Shown piece by piece: positions 1 to 12,209 of a stretch of DNA of 64,000 bases (position 1 is the stretch's first letter; each line of letters opens with the position of its first letter). The notes under the pieces were generated by a model that worked only from the letters and a program-made list of their open reading frames with translations, made no database searches and was not told where the DNA came from. This stretch comes from Vicugna vicugna (lineage: Eukaryota), in the NCBI GenBank assembly GCA_013265495.1, contig MU058065.1:1710364-1774363 (forward strand). The letters are read 5' to 3'. The position numbers and the translations under genes were made by a program.

Positions 1-323
1 CACAAAACACACATTTCAGAAAGGAAACCACATTTCATGTATCTTCTCAATTAATTTATCTATCTTTATATGAATATAACTTGGAAGATACCTATTTAAG
101 AAGATACTGCCAATAAACTAAAAAAAAAAAATCTGAAATAAATGTGCTGCATCCTTTTCTCATGAGAGACAACAGTGACCCCAACACCTTCCCTAAACCC
201 ACAATTTCCTGTTTCCAGAAGAAAATGTGATTTTATTTTTCATTACTTTGTCAGTTGCTGTTTTGTATTCACGTATAAATTACAAACGCTGAGCTATGAT
301 TAAAACCTCAGTCTTCCTTGCAG

Positions 324-425
324 AAAAATTGCTGCTGCGTTTAAGTTTGTGCAGTCCACCCAGAACAATGGAACTCTCAAAGGGTCAAATCCATCCTGCC
401 AAACTTCAGGCCACTTGTCACAATG
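324..425 (+). CDS. DOCK10: DOCK10 coding exon (KIAAAFKFVQSTQNNGTLKGSNPSCQTSGHLSQW)
   Basis: cttccttgcag| acceptor and TG|gtaat donor; 102 nt, phase 2-2; joins the next exon in frame (TG|G = Trp); peptide recognised as DOCK10. Confidence 0.93.
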
Positions 426-890
426 GTAATGTTACATTTGCTTGATATTTAAAATTATATTGTGTGCTTACATGTATGTGTATATATGTATATATATGTG
501 AGGTGGTGTGGCTACAGACTTATTTACCCACACACAGGTACATACAAACCAAACACAGATTTCAAGTAACACTCTGGTTCTCTGAAGAAACTTAGTAGGT
601 ACTTCCCTGTCTGCCCCACGAGTTTGTAAAGACCTAAAAAGCAAGGATTATACCTTATTTATGTGCCCGTAGGGCACAATGCCTTGCATAGAATGAGGGT
701 CAATGAATATCTTAATTTCATTGAACCTGAAAAAACACAATTCCAATAAATACCTATTTTAATGTTAGCTAATCTCCTAGTGACAAAGTAAAATGTGGAG
801 TCATGTCTCCCCTTTCTGTTCAGTAATTATAGAATTTTAACAGTATTCTTAGTTCTTAAAGTGTTTTTTAAAGAGTCAAAGGCAGTAAGG

Positions 891-1495
891 GTTGCCTGTG
901 ATTAGGTTTTTGTCTGGTTGTATAGAGAATTCAGAGGTGAGACATGGAGGTCAAGAAAGTAAAGTGAGCATTTATTAAACTATAGATAGGATGCTTTCAA
1001 GGGGAAAACAGGCAGACTCAGGTGAGCAGCTGCATTGAGTTTCTTTGGCAAGTTGGTTACACAGTGTGTAAAAAGGAATGGGCAGAATATTCGTTGGGGA
1101 GGGAGGGGTTTGGGGTCATAGTCCCTGATTTTCCTCCCAGCTCCACCTTCTTGAGGGGAGGAGGGATTTTTGTTCTTATTTAGTCTGTCTCGGAAGTGTC
1201 ATGTCGTCAGTGCATGATGGGTACTTCTAATTGGCAAGACTAATTTTATTGTAATGAGGGCATAATGAGTAAAAGGTTACATTCAGACACTGGAGATTCC
1301 TGCCTTTTTCTACCTTCCTTTGCCTGCCTCCAGGACACTTGTCACCCCAAAATGTGTGATTTGTTACAGTCCAGAGGTTCCTGCTTTCTTCTCTCTGCCC
1401 AAGGACCACCATTGTTCACAAGATGTATGGTTTTCTGCCCTTTGATCTGTGCCCCCGTTTCTCTGCTCGTATCTAGCTATCTGCCCGCTCTAACA
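891..1495 (-). mobile_element. Solo ERV LTR, antisense to DOCK10
   Basis: Minus strand starts TGTTAGAGCGGGCAGATAGC at 1495; minus-strand AATAAA at 971-976; ~600 bp; left boundary approximate. Confidence 0.65.
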
Positions 1496-3072
1496 GAAGG
1501 AAGCATGGCCGGCCCATAAGCTCACTTTAAATTTCCTAGTCATCAGACTCATGTGACTAGCATATAAAACCAAGGGTCACCCTTTATTAACCTACCCTAC
1601 AGGAAACATTTGCCTTGGAATCCTACCTTAGAGCTCCTCTGGGTCTAGTAGATCAGAATTCTTTGCTAAAATGTTCTCCAGGTTGATTTACTCCTCCCAG
1701 GAATATCATAATAATATATAATATGAAAATGGCTATATTTTATAGTTTTAGAAAGAAATATGAAAGTAATATATAGCTAATAAATCATAGAATAAATGTT
1801 GCCTCTTTATCCATGAAAACCCCTTGAAATTGCCCCCTTATGAGAAAGTAAATGAAAAAAATGTAATGGTTGTGTTTTTGCAGATGGTAGTAGAATGGGG
1901 GACTATAAACAATTACTTTCTCGACATTTAATGATGATGGTAACCCACCTGAGGCCACTACAGTTTTGGAGATATTTGGTGGGTTAGATTTCAGGCTCCT
2001 CCCTGAACCATCTGGACAGGTCCCGGTAATTCCCCCCAACTCCCCTCCTAGAAACCACGGCTTTTCTTCCAGGAATTACAGACTGAAGCAGACGCAAAAC
2101 CTGGAAGTAATCCAGTCCCGGAGGTCCAAGCCGTACAGCCCCAAGCTCATTATTCCTTGTAGCGACAGAAATGACCCAGACTCGCCCGGCTCCTGAGAGC
2201 CAATGTCAGATCTCCTGGGCCCTGGTCCATCCAGAGCATTTGATTGAGCCAGAACCAAATAAGCCTTGAGGAGGAAGACAAAGAGAAAACTGTTGCCTCT
2301 TTTTCAGGCTTGACTCTTCAGGGTGTCCCCTATTTGCCTCCTTTCTTCAAAGAAACGGTTCCATTACCTTGGCCAAATGACGGCTTCAATGAAAGTCAGG
2401 ACTAGGAAGTATGCCTGCTTCCACAGCAACACTGGCTCATTCCCCCTGTTGGAAGTGCCAAGGGGGCGTCCAATGAAAGCCGGGGCCATTGTCCTCGCTC
2501 TGGGAAAGTAGCACCTCAGAGCCCCTCAGCTCTCCCCCCACAAGGATCCTGTGTCAGCTCCACTGGGCATGACACAGACGGAATGACAAATCCCAAAAGA
2601 ATTTCCAAATACAAGGAAGAAACAAAGGATTGTTTTAGACCAGATTTTACTTATTTCATTTTACCTCCTAGAAATAACTGATACAGTTGAACTATACAGT
2701 TTTATGCTTTTTTAATGTCTGCCTCTGTGCCTTTCTGATCAACCAATAGCCAATTTAACATCCACGGAATCCCATGATTTCATTAAATAATAATGAAGAT
2801 GCTTGTGCAGAATTTAACTCACTATCTATTATTTGTCTGTTACCCTTTAGTACTTATTATCATTCTGAGTCCTTTTTTGGCTTAAATAAAATGTCTCCAA
2901 AACTGCTTTTAAAAGTCCCTCTCATCATGTCACCTGTAATTAATATTTTTAATAAAATGTCTCTATTCAAAAATGTTTTTAAATACTTGACTCCATCTAG
3001 AATTTTTGAATGAACACCTGGTTATCATATCCCCTAGGACTTTAACCATTTTTTTTTTTACTTCATTTTCAG

Positions 3073-3197
3073 GATGCACACCGTTTCCAGCCATGAAGGA
3101 CAGAAGCAGCACAGATCACAAACTTTACCGATAATTCGAGGCAAAAATGCACTTTCTAACCCCAAACTCCTACAGATGTTGGACAATACCATGAGTA
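3073..3197 (+). CDS. DOCK10: DOCK10 coding exon (MHTVSSHEGQKQHRSQTLPIIRGKNALSNPKLLQMLDNTMS)
   Basis: cattttcag| acceptor and A|gtaagt donor; 125 nt; RSQTLP motif typical of DOCK-D proteins; phases match neighbours. Confidence 0.95.
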
Positions 3198-3931
3198 GTA
3201 AGTGAAACAGAAACAATGGGAACGAGACAGTTATCATTGTTCCCTCGGTGTGTGCAGGACACGAAATGAGTTGTGTTTCAGAAATGTGAGGAATGTCACC
3301 GGGCCACTGAAAGCCCTGGTTTTCAGGCTTGCTGTGGCCTGGGGAATATTTCTGAGAGGAGGGAATCAGCAAGGAGCAGTTTAAAAAATGCAGTGTCCTC
3401 GTGAGGGAAAAGGGGAAAAGTAAAGCTCTGAATATACTGTGTTCGGTGTGGCTCCTCTGGAAACAAGTGACTTTGGCCCTGGGAGGGTTATGGCGGCCCC
3501 TCTCAACCAGATTATTACTATCTGCCCTTTGGGAAGAGGAGAAAGTTGTCCATGTCCTAGAAGCAGTAAGCATGCCCATCCTGAATCCAATGATGCATAC
3601 ATTCCAGATGTGAACGAAGCAAAAATGGGACCCAGTGTTTTGTATCACGCAAGTGTTAGCGATCATGGACACGTGACCACAGGTAGCTGTTTGAAGGTAT
3701 ATGGCTTAACCTGTCAATACACTTAGTGCCTTTCTGAGGAGGCCATTTATGCAGATCATCCACTGAGACTAAACATTTGGTCTGTTAGTCTGGGAGCCAA
3801 ACTTGACCCAGACTAATTATGGAAGAAATGTGACTGTGCCAATGGCTGAATCAATGGAAAAGAAGTGAGAAATGGTGGAAAACAGACCACTCTGGTCCTT
3901 TGGAAATCCTATAGCTGACATATGAAAAGAG

Positions 3932-5182
3932 CACACTTGGTTCGACCTGCTACAATAAGAGACTATAGGTTGTATAGCTTAAACAACGTGTATTTCTCAT
4001 AGTTCTGGAGGCTGGGAGGTCCAGGATCAAGGTACCAGCAGATCTGATGTCTGGTGAGAACCTGCTTCCTGGTTCGCAGATGGTCATCCTCTTGCTGTAT
4101 CGGCACATGATGGAAAGAGAGATGATCTCTGGTGTTTCTTTTTTTTTTTTTTTTGAGTGACAATAGATTTATTCAGAGAGATACATATCCCATAGACTGA
4201 GTGGAGGCCATCGCAGAAGGCCAGAGAGGCCACGAGGCATGGGAGGGGGTATTTAAAGCAAAAGTAGGTACACACACCATAGACAGAGTGTGGACCATCT
4301 CAGAAGGCAAGAGAAAGGCCACGAGGTGTGGGGGTTGTTAGTTTTTATGGGCTCCGTAACTTCATATGCTAACAAGTGGGAGGATTTTTCCAACTACTTT
4401 TAGAGGCAAGGCTGGGATCCCCAGGAACTGGGCCACTGCCCATTTTTTGACCCTTTGTGGTCAGCCTCAGAGCTGTCATGGTGCCTGTGGGAGTATCATT
4501 CACCATGCTGTTATAATGAGCGTATTTTGAAGCTCAGGGTCTACTGGGAGTTGAATCTTCTGCCATCTCGATGCTAATTGCTGTGTCATTCTTTTAATGA
4601 TAGTGCGCTACTCCATTCCCGCCAGCCTCATGCCCTCCTCAGATATTTTACTCCCTAATCTTATGGGAAGCAGAGGGGCAATGTTCCATCTTCTGAAGCT
4701 GCTTTAGGGCAGAGTGGGGGCATTGATCCTGTCTGTCAGGGAGTAAAAGTCTCTGAGTGCCTAATCTAGGGGGCCTAGGGGCAGGATAGCTTCTTGTTGC
4801 AAGTCAGAGGACAGTATGGGCTAGAATCCTTGCATAGCCATCATCTTAATGTGAAACTTTTGTAACCTGGAAGACATGAAGTTTACCGAGTGGTTAAAGA
4901 GGCATGGTCCAAGGAGTAGGAGGACCGTTAACTGTAAATGGGACCAAATGTCCTAATATATAGGCTCCCTCGTGCCACACATTATCAATATAAAGATAAG
5001 CATTTATATGGGGGCCAGATTTTCCCTGGGGTGCACTTGTCTTCAGCTCTCATCCCATTCATGAGGCCTCCACTCTCATAATCTAATTTCCTCTCAAAGA
5101 CCCTACCTGCAAATACCATCACATTGGGGATTGGGGCTTCAGCATATGAATTTGGGAGAATTCAATTATTCAGTCCATAGCA
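3932..5182 (-). mobile_element. MLT1A-like MaLR LTR split by an ERV retrocopy
   Basis: atttctcatagttctggaggctgggaggtcc and aataccatcacattgggga...cagtccatagca are MLT1A hallmarks; halves at ~3932-4138 and ~5047-5182. Confidence 0.75.
4139..5046 (-). mobile_element. Polyadenylated ERV1-type retrocopy (env remnants, PPT, U3-R, polyA)
   Basis: Minus strand: env TM tail VLLLLGPCLFN...MMAMQGF* (4925-4821), PPT-like gaggagggca, LTR start TG at 4630, AATAAA 4173-4168, A16 4154-4139. Confidence 0.8.
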
Positions 5183-5362
5183 CTCACTAAAAGCTCTGTC
5201 TAGTGGTTTTTCTTTAGCCAATAAAGAAATTAAACAAATAAAAGCACTTTGATTTAATAAATTACTCATCAAAACACCAGTGAACGTTAGCTATGTTGTA
5301 ATAGAAGAAGGTACAAAGATTTGTCTTAGACATCTATGCATTTTCTACTTTGTATTTTGTAG

Positions 5363-5475
5363 GCAACTCCAATGAAATAGATATCGTACACCATGTGGAC
5401 ACGGAGGCCAATATTGCTACAGAGGTTTGCTTGACTATTCTAGACTTGCTTGCCCTCTTCACTCAGACCCACCAG
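5363..5475 (+). CDS. DOCK10: DOCK10 coding exon (NSNEIDIVHHVDTEANIATEVCLTILDLLALFTQTHQ)
   Basis: ttttgtag| acceptor and CAG|gtgagt donor; 113 nt; EANIATEVCLTILD motif of DOCK9/10/11. Confidence 0.96.
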
Positions 5476-5874
5476 GTGAGTGTGACCGTAACATCTTCTG
5501 CAACATGATAAAATGATAAGTAGTCATGTGCAGTCAAGAACATACTTTTAAGATATTTTATGAAAGCTATTAACCTTACATAAATCAACTTAAATCTGAG
5601 TGGAAAACATGCTAAAGATGAGAGTCAGAATTTATCAGAAGTTGGCTGATGCTCAGTTGATATACACACAGACACATTTCACTATTGTCCAATAAAAGAC
5701 ATTCTTTCTTCCTTCTTTCTCCTGCTTTACTGTCAGGCAGACTGGACTGGGCAAGAGTGTGACTCTACCTTTTCAATCTCAAAGAAAGAGACAAATTACA
5801 GCTAGGTACAATAGACCAAAAACACTGAGCACCTTTTTGCGTGATTACTTGCCATCTGTATATCCTTGGTGAAA

Positions 5875-6370
5875 TGATATCACTATGTACTATCACACTG
5901 GCTACAGTTAAAAAGACTGATCATACCAAGTTTTGGCAAGGATATGGAGAAACTGGAACTCTCATCAACTGATGGTGAGAATGCAAAATGGAACAAACAC
6001 CTTGAAAAACAATATGGTGGAATAAAAAGTTAAACATACATCAGTCATGTGACCAACCATTCCAATACTAGGAATTTACCTAAAAAAATAAAAGCATTTG
6101 TTCACACAAACTTTATATATCAATATAAAGCTTTATTTATATATCTCACTGAAGCTTTATTTTTAATAATTAAACACTGGAAATAACCAATATGTACATT
6201 TAAAATAATGGTGGTGTATCCATACAACAGTATACTGCTCAGTTATGCTCAGTAAAAAAAGTCGAACAAAAAGAGTATATTCTATGTGATTCCATTTATG
6301 TAAAGTTTTATAAAATATGAGCCTACAGAAATTATATGTGAGTTACACTTCAATGAAGTTATTAAAAACA
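5875..6370 (+). mobile_element. Old L1 (L1M-type) 3' fragment
   Basis: ccaagttttggcaaggatatggagaaactggaactctca and tgtgattccatttat L1 3' motifs; boundaries approximate. Confidence 0.7.
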
Positions 6371-6589
6371 TTAGCTCAACCTAAAGAACTTTCAAATGTT
6401 AAGGGTTAAATTTGGAAAAAGTTGGTTCAGTTGAATAAAGTCTACGTGAAACAGAATTACACCAAGGAACGATTCCCCTACTTTGAGGTAAAATGTCAGT
6501 ATGGCAGTGGAAAAAACAAAACCCGTATTTCAGTTCTTTATTACTCAATGGAATTGTCAATCAAATCTCGTATATATTACAGGCTGTCA

Positions 6590-7020
6590 TGCCTACAAAG
6601 ACCTGCAGGTCTGTGACCTCATCTTCTACCTCTCCCCCAACCCAACCCTGCTCACCATGCTTAGGCTACTCTGATCTATTTTCTCAACCTTGAGCTCACA
6701 AGCTCATTTCCAACTCAACTCCCTGGTACCAGCTGTATTTTCTTCCTTGGACAATCCTCCTGGATCTGCCCATAGCAGATGTTTTCAGGTCCTGTGTCAA
6801 TTCATCCGTTAGAGAGTTCTTAACCACCTTATATAAAGTAATTCTACCCCACAAAGCAGTCACTTTCTGTCATGTTATCATTTTACTCTATTTTCTTTTC
6901 TAGTATTTCTTTTCAGTTACTACAGTGTAAGTTTCATAGACCTTCTTATTCAGCACTTTATTTCCAGCACCCAGAATTGTGCATGTCACATAGTAGGTTC
7001 AGAGTAAATATTTTTTGAAA
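6590..7020 (+). mobile_element. L2 3' fragment
   Basis: Ends cagcacccagaattgtgcatgtcacatagtaggttcagagtaaatatt, resembling the L2 3' tail. Confidence 0.6.
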
Positions 7021-7073
7021 GAGTACAGGTGTCTTCTCACTCATCCTAAATAACTTTTGTGTTAAATTTCCAG

Positions 7074-7211
7074 AGACAGCTCCAACAATCCGAGTGTCAA
7101 AATTCAATGATGAAAAGGGTCTTTGATACCTACATGCTCTTTTTTCAAGTCAACCAATCAGCCACAGCACTGAAACACGTGTTTGCCTCCTTGAGGCTGT
7201 TTGTATGCAAG
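7074..7211 (+). CDS. DOCK10: DOCK10 coding exon (RQLQQSECQ...LRLFVCK)
   Basis: tttccag| acceptor and AAG|gtaagg donor; 138 nt, phase 0-0; lies within track ORF 7059..7247. Confidence 0.96.
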
Positions 7212-7891
7212 GTAAGGGTCCTCAAGGTTCCAGAGAAAGCTCAGTGAAGTGTTCATTACTGACAATAAACACATATTAATCCTTACATCTCTCAGTATGG
7301 AAGGAAGAAGGTTTGGTTTTTTTCTATGTTGGTTTATTAGGTTTTTATTAGACTATTTGGCCTTATTAAACTATTTGACTCGTAATCTCAAAGTACGTTC
7401 CAGCCTTGACAGCCTATCTGCTGAATATCTAAAGGGAATAAAATTAGTATCTGGCCACCAATTCTTTGGGTTCTCAGTGCTTGTGGCAGAGAGGTAAAAT
7501 GCACACCATCAACTGTGATGTCCGTTCAGGCCAAGTTAAAGGTTCCACATTAAAGTGGATACAGTAGAGACCACCTTTGAAGACCCTGGTGGTTTTACAA
7601 TGTTCGGTGAATAGAAAACATTTCAAAGCTTTCATTCCATCACTTTGGGTTGTCATCCCTCACTGATGCAATAGACACCTACAGCATAGAGAGTGATTGT
7701 TTCTAGGGAAAAAAAGAGAAATTCTAACATAGACTTTAGTAAGTAAAATTGTATCCTCTTCCACTTGCAAATGAAAGATACAGTCTAGGTTGAAAAAAGA
7801 AAAATTTTATTCTAAGGAATTTTAAAATATGAGAATGAAAAAGCAAAGTGAAGGAGTGTTGCCCACTTCACCAGCGCTTCCGTTTCCATAG

Positions 7892-8074
7892 TTTCCTTCA
7901 GCGTTCTTCCAAGGGCCTGCCGACCTGTGTGGATCATTCTGCTATGAAGTCCTAAAGTGCTGCAACCACAGGTCACGTTCAACTCAGACAGAAGCGTCAG
8001 CACTTCTGTATTTTTTCATGAGGAAGAATTTTGAATTTAACAAGCAGAAGTCAATTGTCCGGTCCCACCTGCAA
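7892..8074 (+). CDS. DOCK10: DOCK10 coding exon (FPSAFFQGPADLCGSFCYEVLKCC...IVRSHLQ)
   Basis: tttccatag| acceptor and CAA|gtaagt donor; 183 nt open frame. Confidence 0.96.
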
Positions 8075-8479
8075 GTAAGTGATGCCATTTTTCATTAACG
8101 TTGTTGTGAAAACCACTCATCCGTTTCAGCGTGGATAAAAGCCTGCTGTCCCCAGGGCAACCAACTCCTCCATCAGATTCCTCCTTAAAGACGCCCATCC
8201 CACGCGGTTGCGATTCATGAGAAGAGAGTGGGGCAGAAATCGGCAAAGCCCGTAACTCCACTTGACCCTTTCCTTTCTTCTGCGAGGGAGTAGAGTCATA
8301 TAGAATACACAACCCAAACACCATGACAATTTCTAGGATTCCGAAGCCCACCGGATTCTCAGCACATTCATTGGGCCTACAGGGAGAAATGAATGATACA
8401 TTCAACTCGATAGATTTCTTTGGAGCTACTATTTTGGAGTTACTTACTTTTGAGATTTCATTTTTCTTTTCACTTCCAG

Positions 8480-8590
8480 CTCATCAAAGCTGTAAGCCAG
8501 TTAATAGCTGATGCTGGGATTGGAGGCTCTCGGTTTCAACATTCCCTTGCAATTGCCAATAATTTTGCCAATGGAGACAAGCAAATGAAA
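8480..8590 (+). CDS. DOCK10: DOCK10 coding exon ([37 protein letters not shown])
   Basis: cacttccag| acceptor and AAA|gtaaga donor; 111 nt. Confidence 0.96.
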
Positions 8591-8939
8591 GTAAGAAATG
8601 CTTTGTGGGCTGTTTTTAAAGAATTGGGAATCAACTAAACTGGATTCTTTTGTGAGATATCAAAACCACAAAAAATACGAATTCTGTATTTTGTTTATTG
8701 ACAGTTTAACTGAATACTTACGTTGAGTTTGCGTGTTTGAATGGATAGTCAGCTCTTATACTTTCACTATATTATCTGTTAAGTGGAATTTGCAAGATAC
8801 AGGGTTGAATGATACATAACAAGGAAACTAACCACAAATATCGAGAAATATAGTGATTCTCTCATAATCCCATTCTTGGTCAAATTCATTTTATCTTTTT
8901 TGGGGGACTTTCTGGAGACTTCTCCTTCAGTTATTATAC

Positions 8940-9420
8940 TAAAAAGTCCAGAGGGTAGAGCCTGATGTCAGGCATGGCTGAACCCAGGGATTGAAACAAT
9001 GTTTTCAGATCCTACCCCCTCCTTTTTTTGCCTCTCTCTTTCTCCCTTAGTTCAGTTTTCCTCTTTGTTTACTTCATTTACAGGTAAACTTTCCCCATGA
9101 GCTTACTCGCTCAGAAAATTCTGAGGACACCAGTAGAATTCTGTGTTCTTTAGTGCCAGTGAAAGTCTCAGGACTGAATCTGTTTGATCCAACCTTGTAT
9201 CATATGTTCATCCCCAAACCAATCAGTGTGCCTTAGGGTATCAAAGAATATGACTGGTTGGCCAGGCCGGCATCATACACAACCTTGGTGCCTGGAAGTG
9301 AAATAGAACCATTCAAATCCCATGAACTAGAGCCAGAGAAGAGAGTATCTCAAATGACAGTCAGGATGCTCTTGCTAGAAAGTAGGTTAGAAGGCGAAAG
9401 AATGGAGTCTACTACAACTA
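8940..9420. mobile_element. Ancient MaLR (MLT1-type) LTR fragment
   Basis: caggcatggctgaacccaggg and catccccaaaccaatcagtgtgcc motifs; highly diverged. Confidence 0.5.
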
Positions 9421-9610
9421 CTATGTTCCAGTGTGTACAACTGCAATCACAATACATGGAATTCATATATAAAGGATGTATGTTTTTGTGAACAATAGAT
9501 AGAATGCATGAAACTGTGAAGCCAAGAAGCCATAACTAACAGCATAACTTGAGGTAAGATAACTTATGAATTCTAAACAGATGATGACCCAGGCTCTCTG
9601 TTTTCCAAAG

Positions 9611-9826
9611 AACAGCAATTTCCCAGCAGAAGTGAAAGATCTGACTAAACGTATAAGGACCGTGTTGATGGCCACGGCTCAGATGAAGGAGCATGAGAAG
9701 GATCCCGAGATGCTGGTGGATCTCCAGTACAGCCTGGCGAACTCCTATGCAAGTACCCCCGAGCTCCGGAGGACCTGGCTGGAAAGCATGGCCAAGATTC
9801 ACGCGAGAAATGGAGACTTGTCCGAG
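9611..9826 (+). CDS. DOCK10: DOCK10 coding exon, start of DHR2 region ([22 protein letters not shown]...RNGDLSE)
   Basis: ttttccaaag| acceptor and GAG|gtgatt donor; 216 nt; [24 protein letters not shown] motif of DOCK-C/D proteins. Confidence 0.97.
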
Positions 9827-11012
9827 GTGATTAGCAAAGGCTTGGTGGTTCTCCATCAATGCCGTCCTCTTTAACATGAAGATTGGAGGATCATTCATGG
9901 CAGGCATATAAAAAGTTACATATGTTCCCACTAATGCAGATATGACCTAATTACATGTTCTGTGCTTTAAATTTGCATGTAGGATTCAAGGCTGCCTGAC
10001 TCCACGTAAATGATATCAGATAAAAGCCAGAGTCTGGGGGAAGCTGCAGTTGTAGGATGGGCAGTGTAGAACCAAATGCTAAAAGCCTGAGGCTGAGGAG
10101 GATGGCTGTAAGGGTGTTTGGAAATTCAGCATCAAAGCAGCTTCTGGACACCAACTGGGGGAACTTCTGCCTTATTCCAAGAAATATGTCCCCACTGGGT
10201 AGAGATTAATTTATCTAGGATTGTCCTAGCGCCTCCAGTTCTTCTAAACACCTATGAGGGACTCTGGGATGGAAGTAGATCTGCCCAGAGGCTTCATTTG
10301 GTAGCAGTTTGATCAGGACAAAAATGAGAAACTACAGCTCCCTTGGACTGCCCTGAAAATGGAGGAATTCCTCCACAAAACTTCCATGGGGAAAGCTGAA
10401 GTCATTTGGACTCTTCAACAGGTCAAGGTCTCGTATGTGTTCAGCGATATTCAAGGCTTTACAAGGAGGTATTAGAGAACAAAAAATGTCACCCACCTAA
10501 TCTGATTGAGGAGAACACATGTTACACGAGGTCATTCTGGTTAATCAGATGCCACCTTGACCCATTTTAAAGGGAACAGAAATTTGAATGGGGAGGTAGA
10601 AAAAGTAAAAGACAGCTTATTGTTACTTCCAGTTTAAATCTAGATGGTATATTTTATAGTTTTAACAAGAAAAGAGAACCGTGGAGATATATATATATAT
10701 CCCCACAAATTGATATTAGGGAAGAAGATAATTCAATTCTAGGGGAAAATTCTTCAGGCCAGCTCATCACTCAACTGAAAACTACATTGAGAAAAACAAA
10801 CCAAAAAAATTCACAAATATGCGTTTTTATTCTGAATTGGGAACTTTTTCGAAATCTAATTGATTCTTACTTTCAGTTCTGTCATTAGAAGGATTCCTCC
10901 GCATATTCTGACTTGGAATACTGACTTGCCTTGGAAGATTAGTCCCGATTAGACAGACAGTAAAATCTATAGAGTGTGCCTTCCTCTCAAACTGTTTTCT
11001 TTTTCATTCCAG

Positions 11013-11070
11013 GCTGCTATGTGCTACATCCATATAGCTGCCCTCATTGCAGAATACCTGAAAAGAAGGG
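11013..11070 (+). CDS. DOCK10: DOCK10 coding exon (AAMCYIHIAALIAEYLKRR)
   Basis: ttttcattccag| acceptor and G|gtaagt donor; 58 nt; EAAMC..H.AAL.AEYL motif. Confidence 0.96.
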
Positions 11071-11373
11071 GTAAGTGACCACGTGAGGGGAGAAAGTCAA
11101 CATGTCGAAACCTCACTTAAAATGTATTAATTTAAAATTTTCCTTAATCTCAGTGTTTTCTTAAGCAACATTAATTATCATAGATATTTCTAATTATGCT
11201 CTACTTTTAAGTTTTAACTCTTTCTTTCATGCCATTATTATGTTTATTTTCTGTACAGCCAGGCTAACTGGTTCAAAACGAGGATGCTTCATTGGTTAAC
11301 GACTTGTAGTTTCATAAGCTTGGATTAACATAAACATGTGACAATGTCCTAACCTCATCTTGCACTGCCATAG

Positions 11374-11472
11374 GTTACTGGAAAACGGAAAAGATTTGCA
11401 CACCATCCCTGCTCCCGGAGGATATCCACCCCTGTGATAGCAACCCTTTACTAACCACTCCTGGTGGAGGAA
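11374..11472 (+). CDS. DOCK10: DOCK10 coding exon, 99-nt symmetric insert (YWKTEKICTPSLLPEDIHPCDSNPLLTTPGGG)
   Basis: gccatag| acceptor with cctaac branch-like motif and A|gtgagt donor; phase 1-1; peptide resembles the human DOCK10 insert as I recall it. Confidence 0.9.
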
Positions 11473-12102
11473 GTGAGTGTCTAACTGAGCTCCTTTACCC
11501 CCATGTAATAAACCGGTGAAAATCAAGTCACTGCTTACATTTTACTTCAACGAAACTCTTAAATGTATTCCTAGAAGTAAAAACCATCTTAGACCTACAA
11601 AACCTACTCGGTAGAAACTCAGAGTTCCTACCATTCAGAAATCCCATCCATCCAAAATTTGTGAAGTTTTGAATACTAAAAAGTTCTCAGCAAATAGAAC
11701 TGCTTCTTCTCCAATATGATGACCCTATGTTACTGTTTTGAATCCTTTCAACATCCTTTGAGATGGATATCAATGTCTCTAGTTTAACAAATGAGGGAAA
11801 CAAACTCAAAGAGGTTAATTAAAGCAAGGCATTGGAGCTGCATCAATCTGCAAGCCTGTGTTCTGTCCATAACTCCATGCCAGCTCCTTATAGGAGAGGG
11901 GTCACGTGCTAATGACACAAAAGTTATAAAAAGGGGAACATTGCTCACCTGGCAGAAAGTATTCATCAACCGTCATAATCTAACCATCTCGTTGACTGTG
12001 TGTGTCCTATAACCACTACGTGTAACGTCACGAAGAAAGGCACTATCTAATCCAAGCAGGATTTGGCTCAAATAATAATGTATTTTGCTTGGTCCTCTCA
12101 AG

Positions 12103-12209
12103 GCATGTTCTCTATGGGCTGGCCGGCTTTTCTGAGCATTACACCAAATATCAAAGAAGAAGGGGAAATGAAAGAAGATTCGGGAATGCAAGATACGCCA
12201 TACAATGAG
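12103..12209 (+). CDS. DOCK10: DOCK10 coding exon (MFSMGWPAFLSITPNIKEEGEMKEDSGMQDTPYNE)
   Basis: cctctcaag| acceptor and GAG|gttaga donor; 107 nt. Confidence 0.95.

Noticed and set aside
2455..2472. CTCF-like motif gccaagggggcgtc
   Set aside because: The 5' half of the consensus does not match.
3058..3672. 204-aa minus-strand ORF
   Set aside because: Antisense to a DOCK10 exon and intron, with no recognisable domain or splice support; chance ORF.
4927..5046. Possible twin-priming 5' inversion in the ERV retrocopy
   Set aside because: The segment reads as an env SU-like peptide on the same minus strand, which favours internal deletion over inversion.
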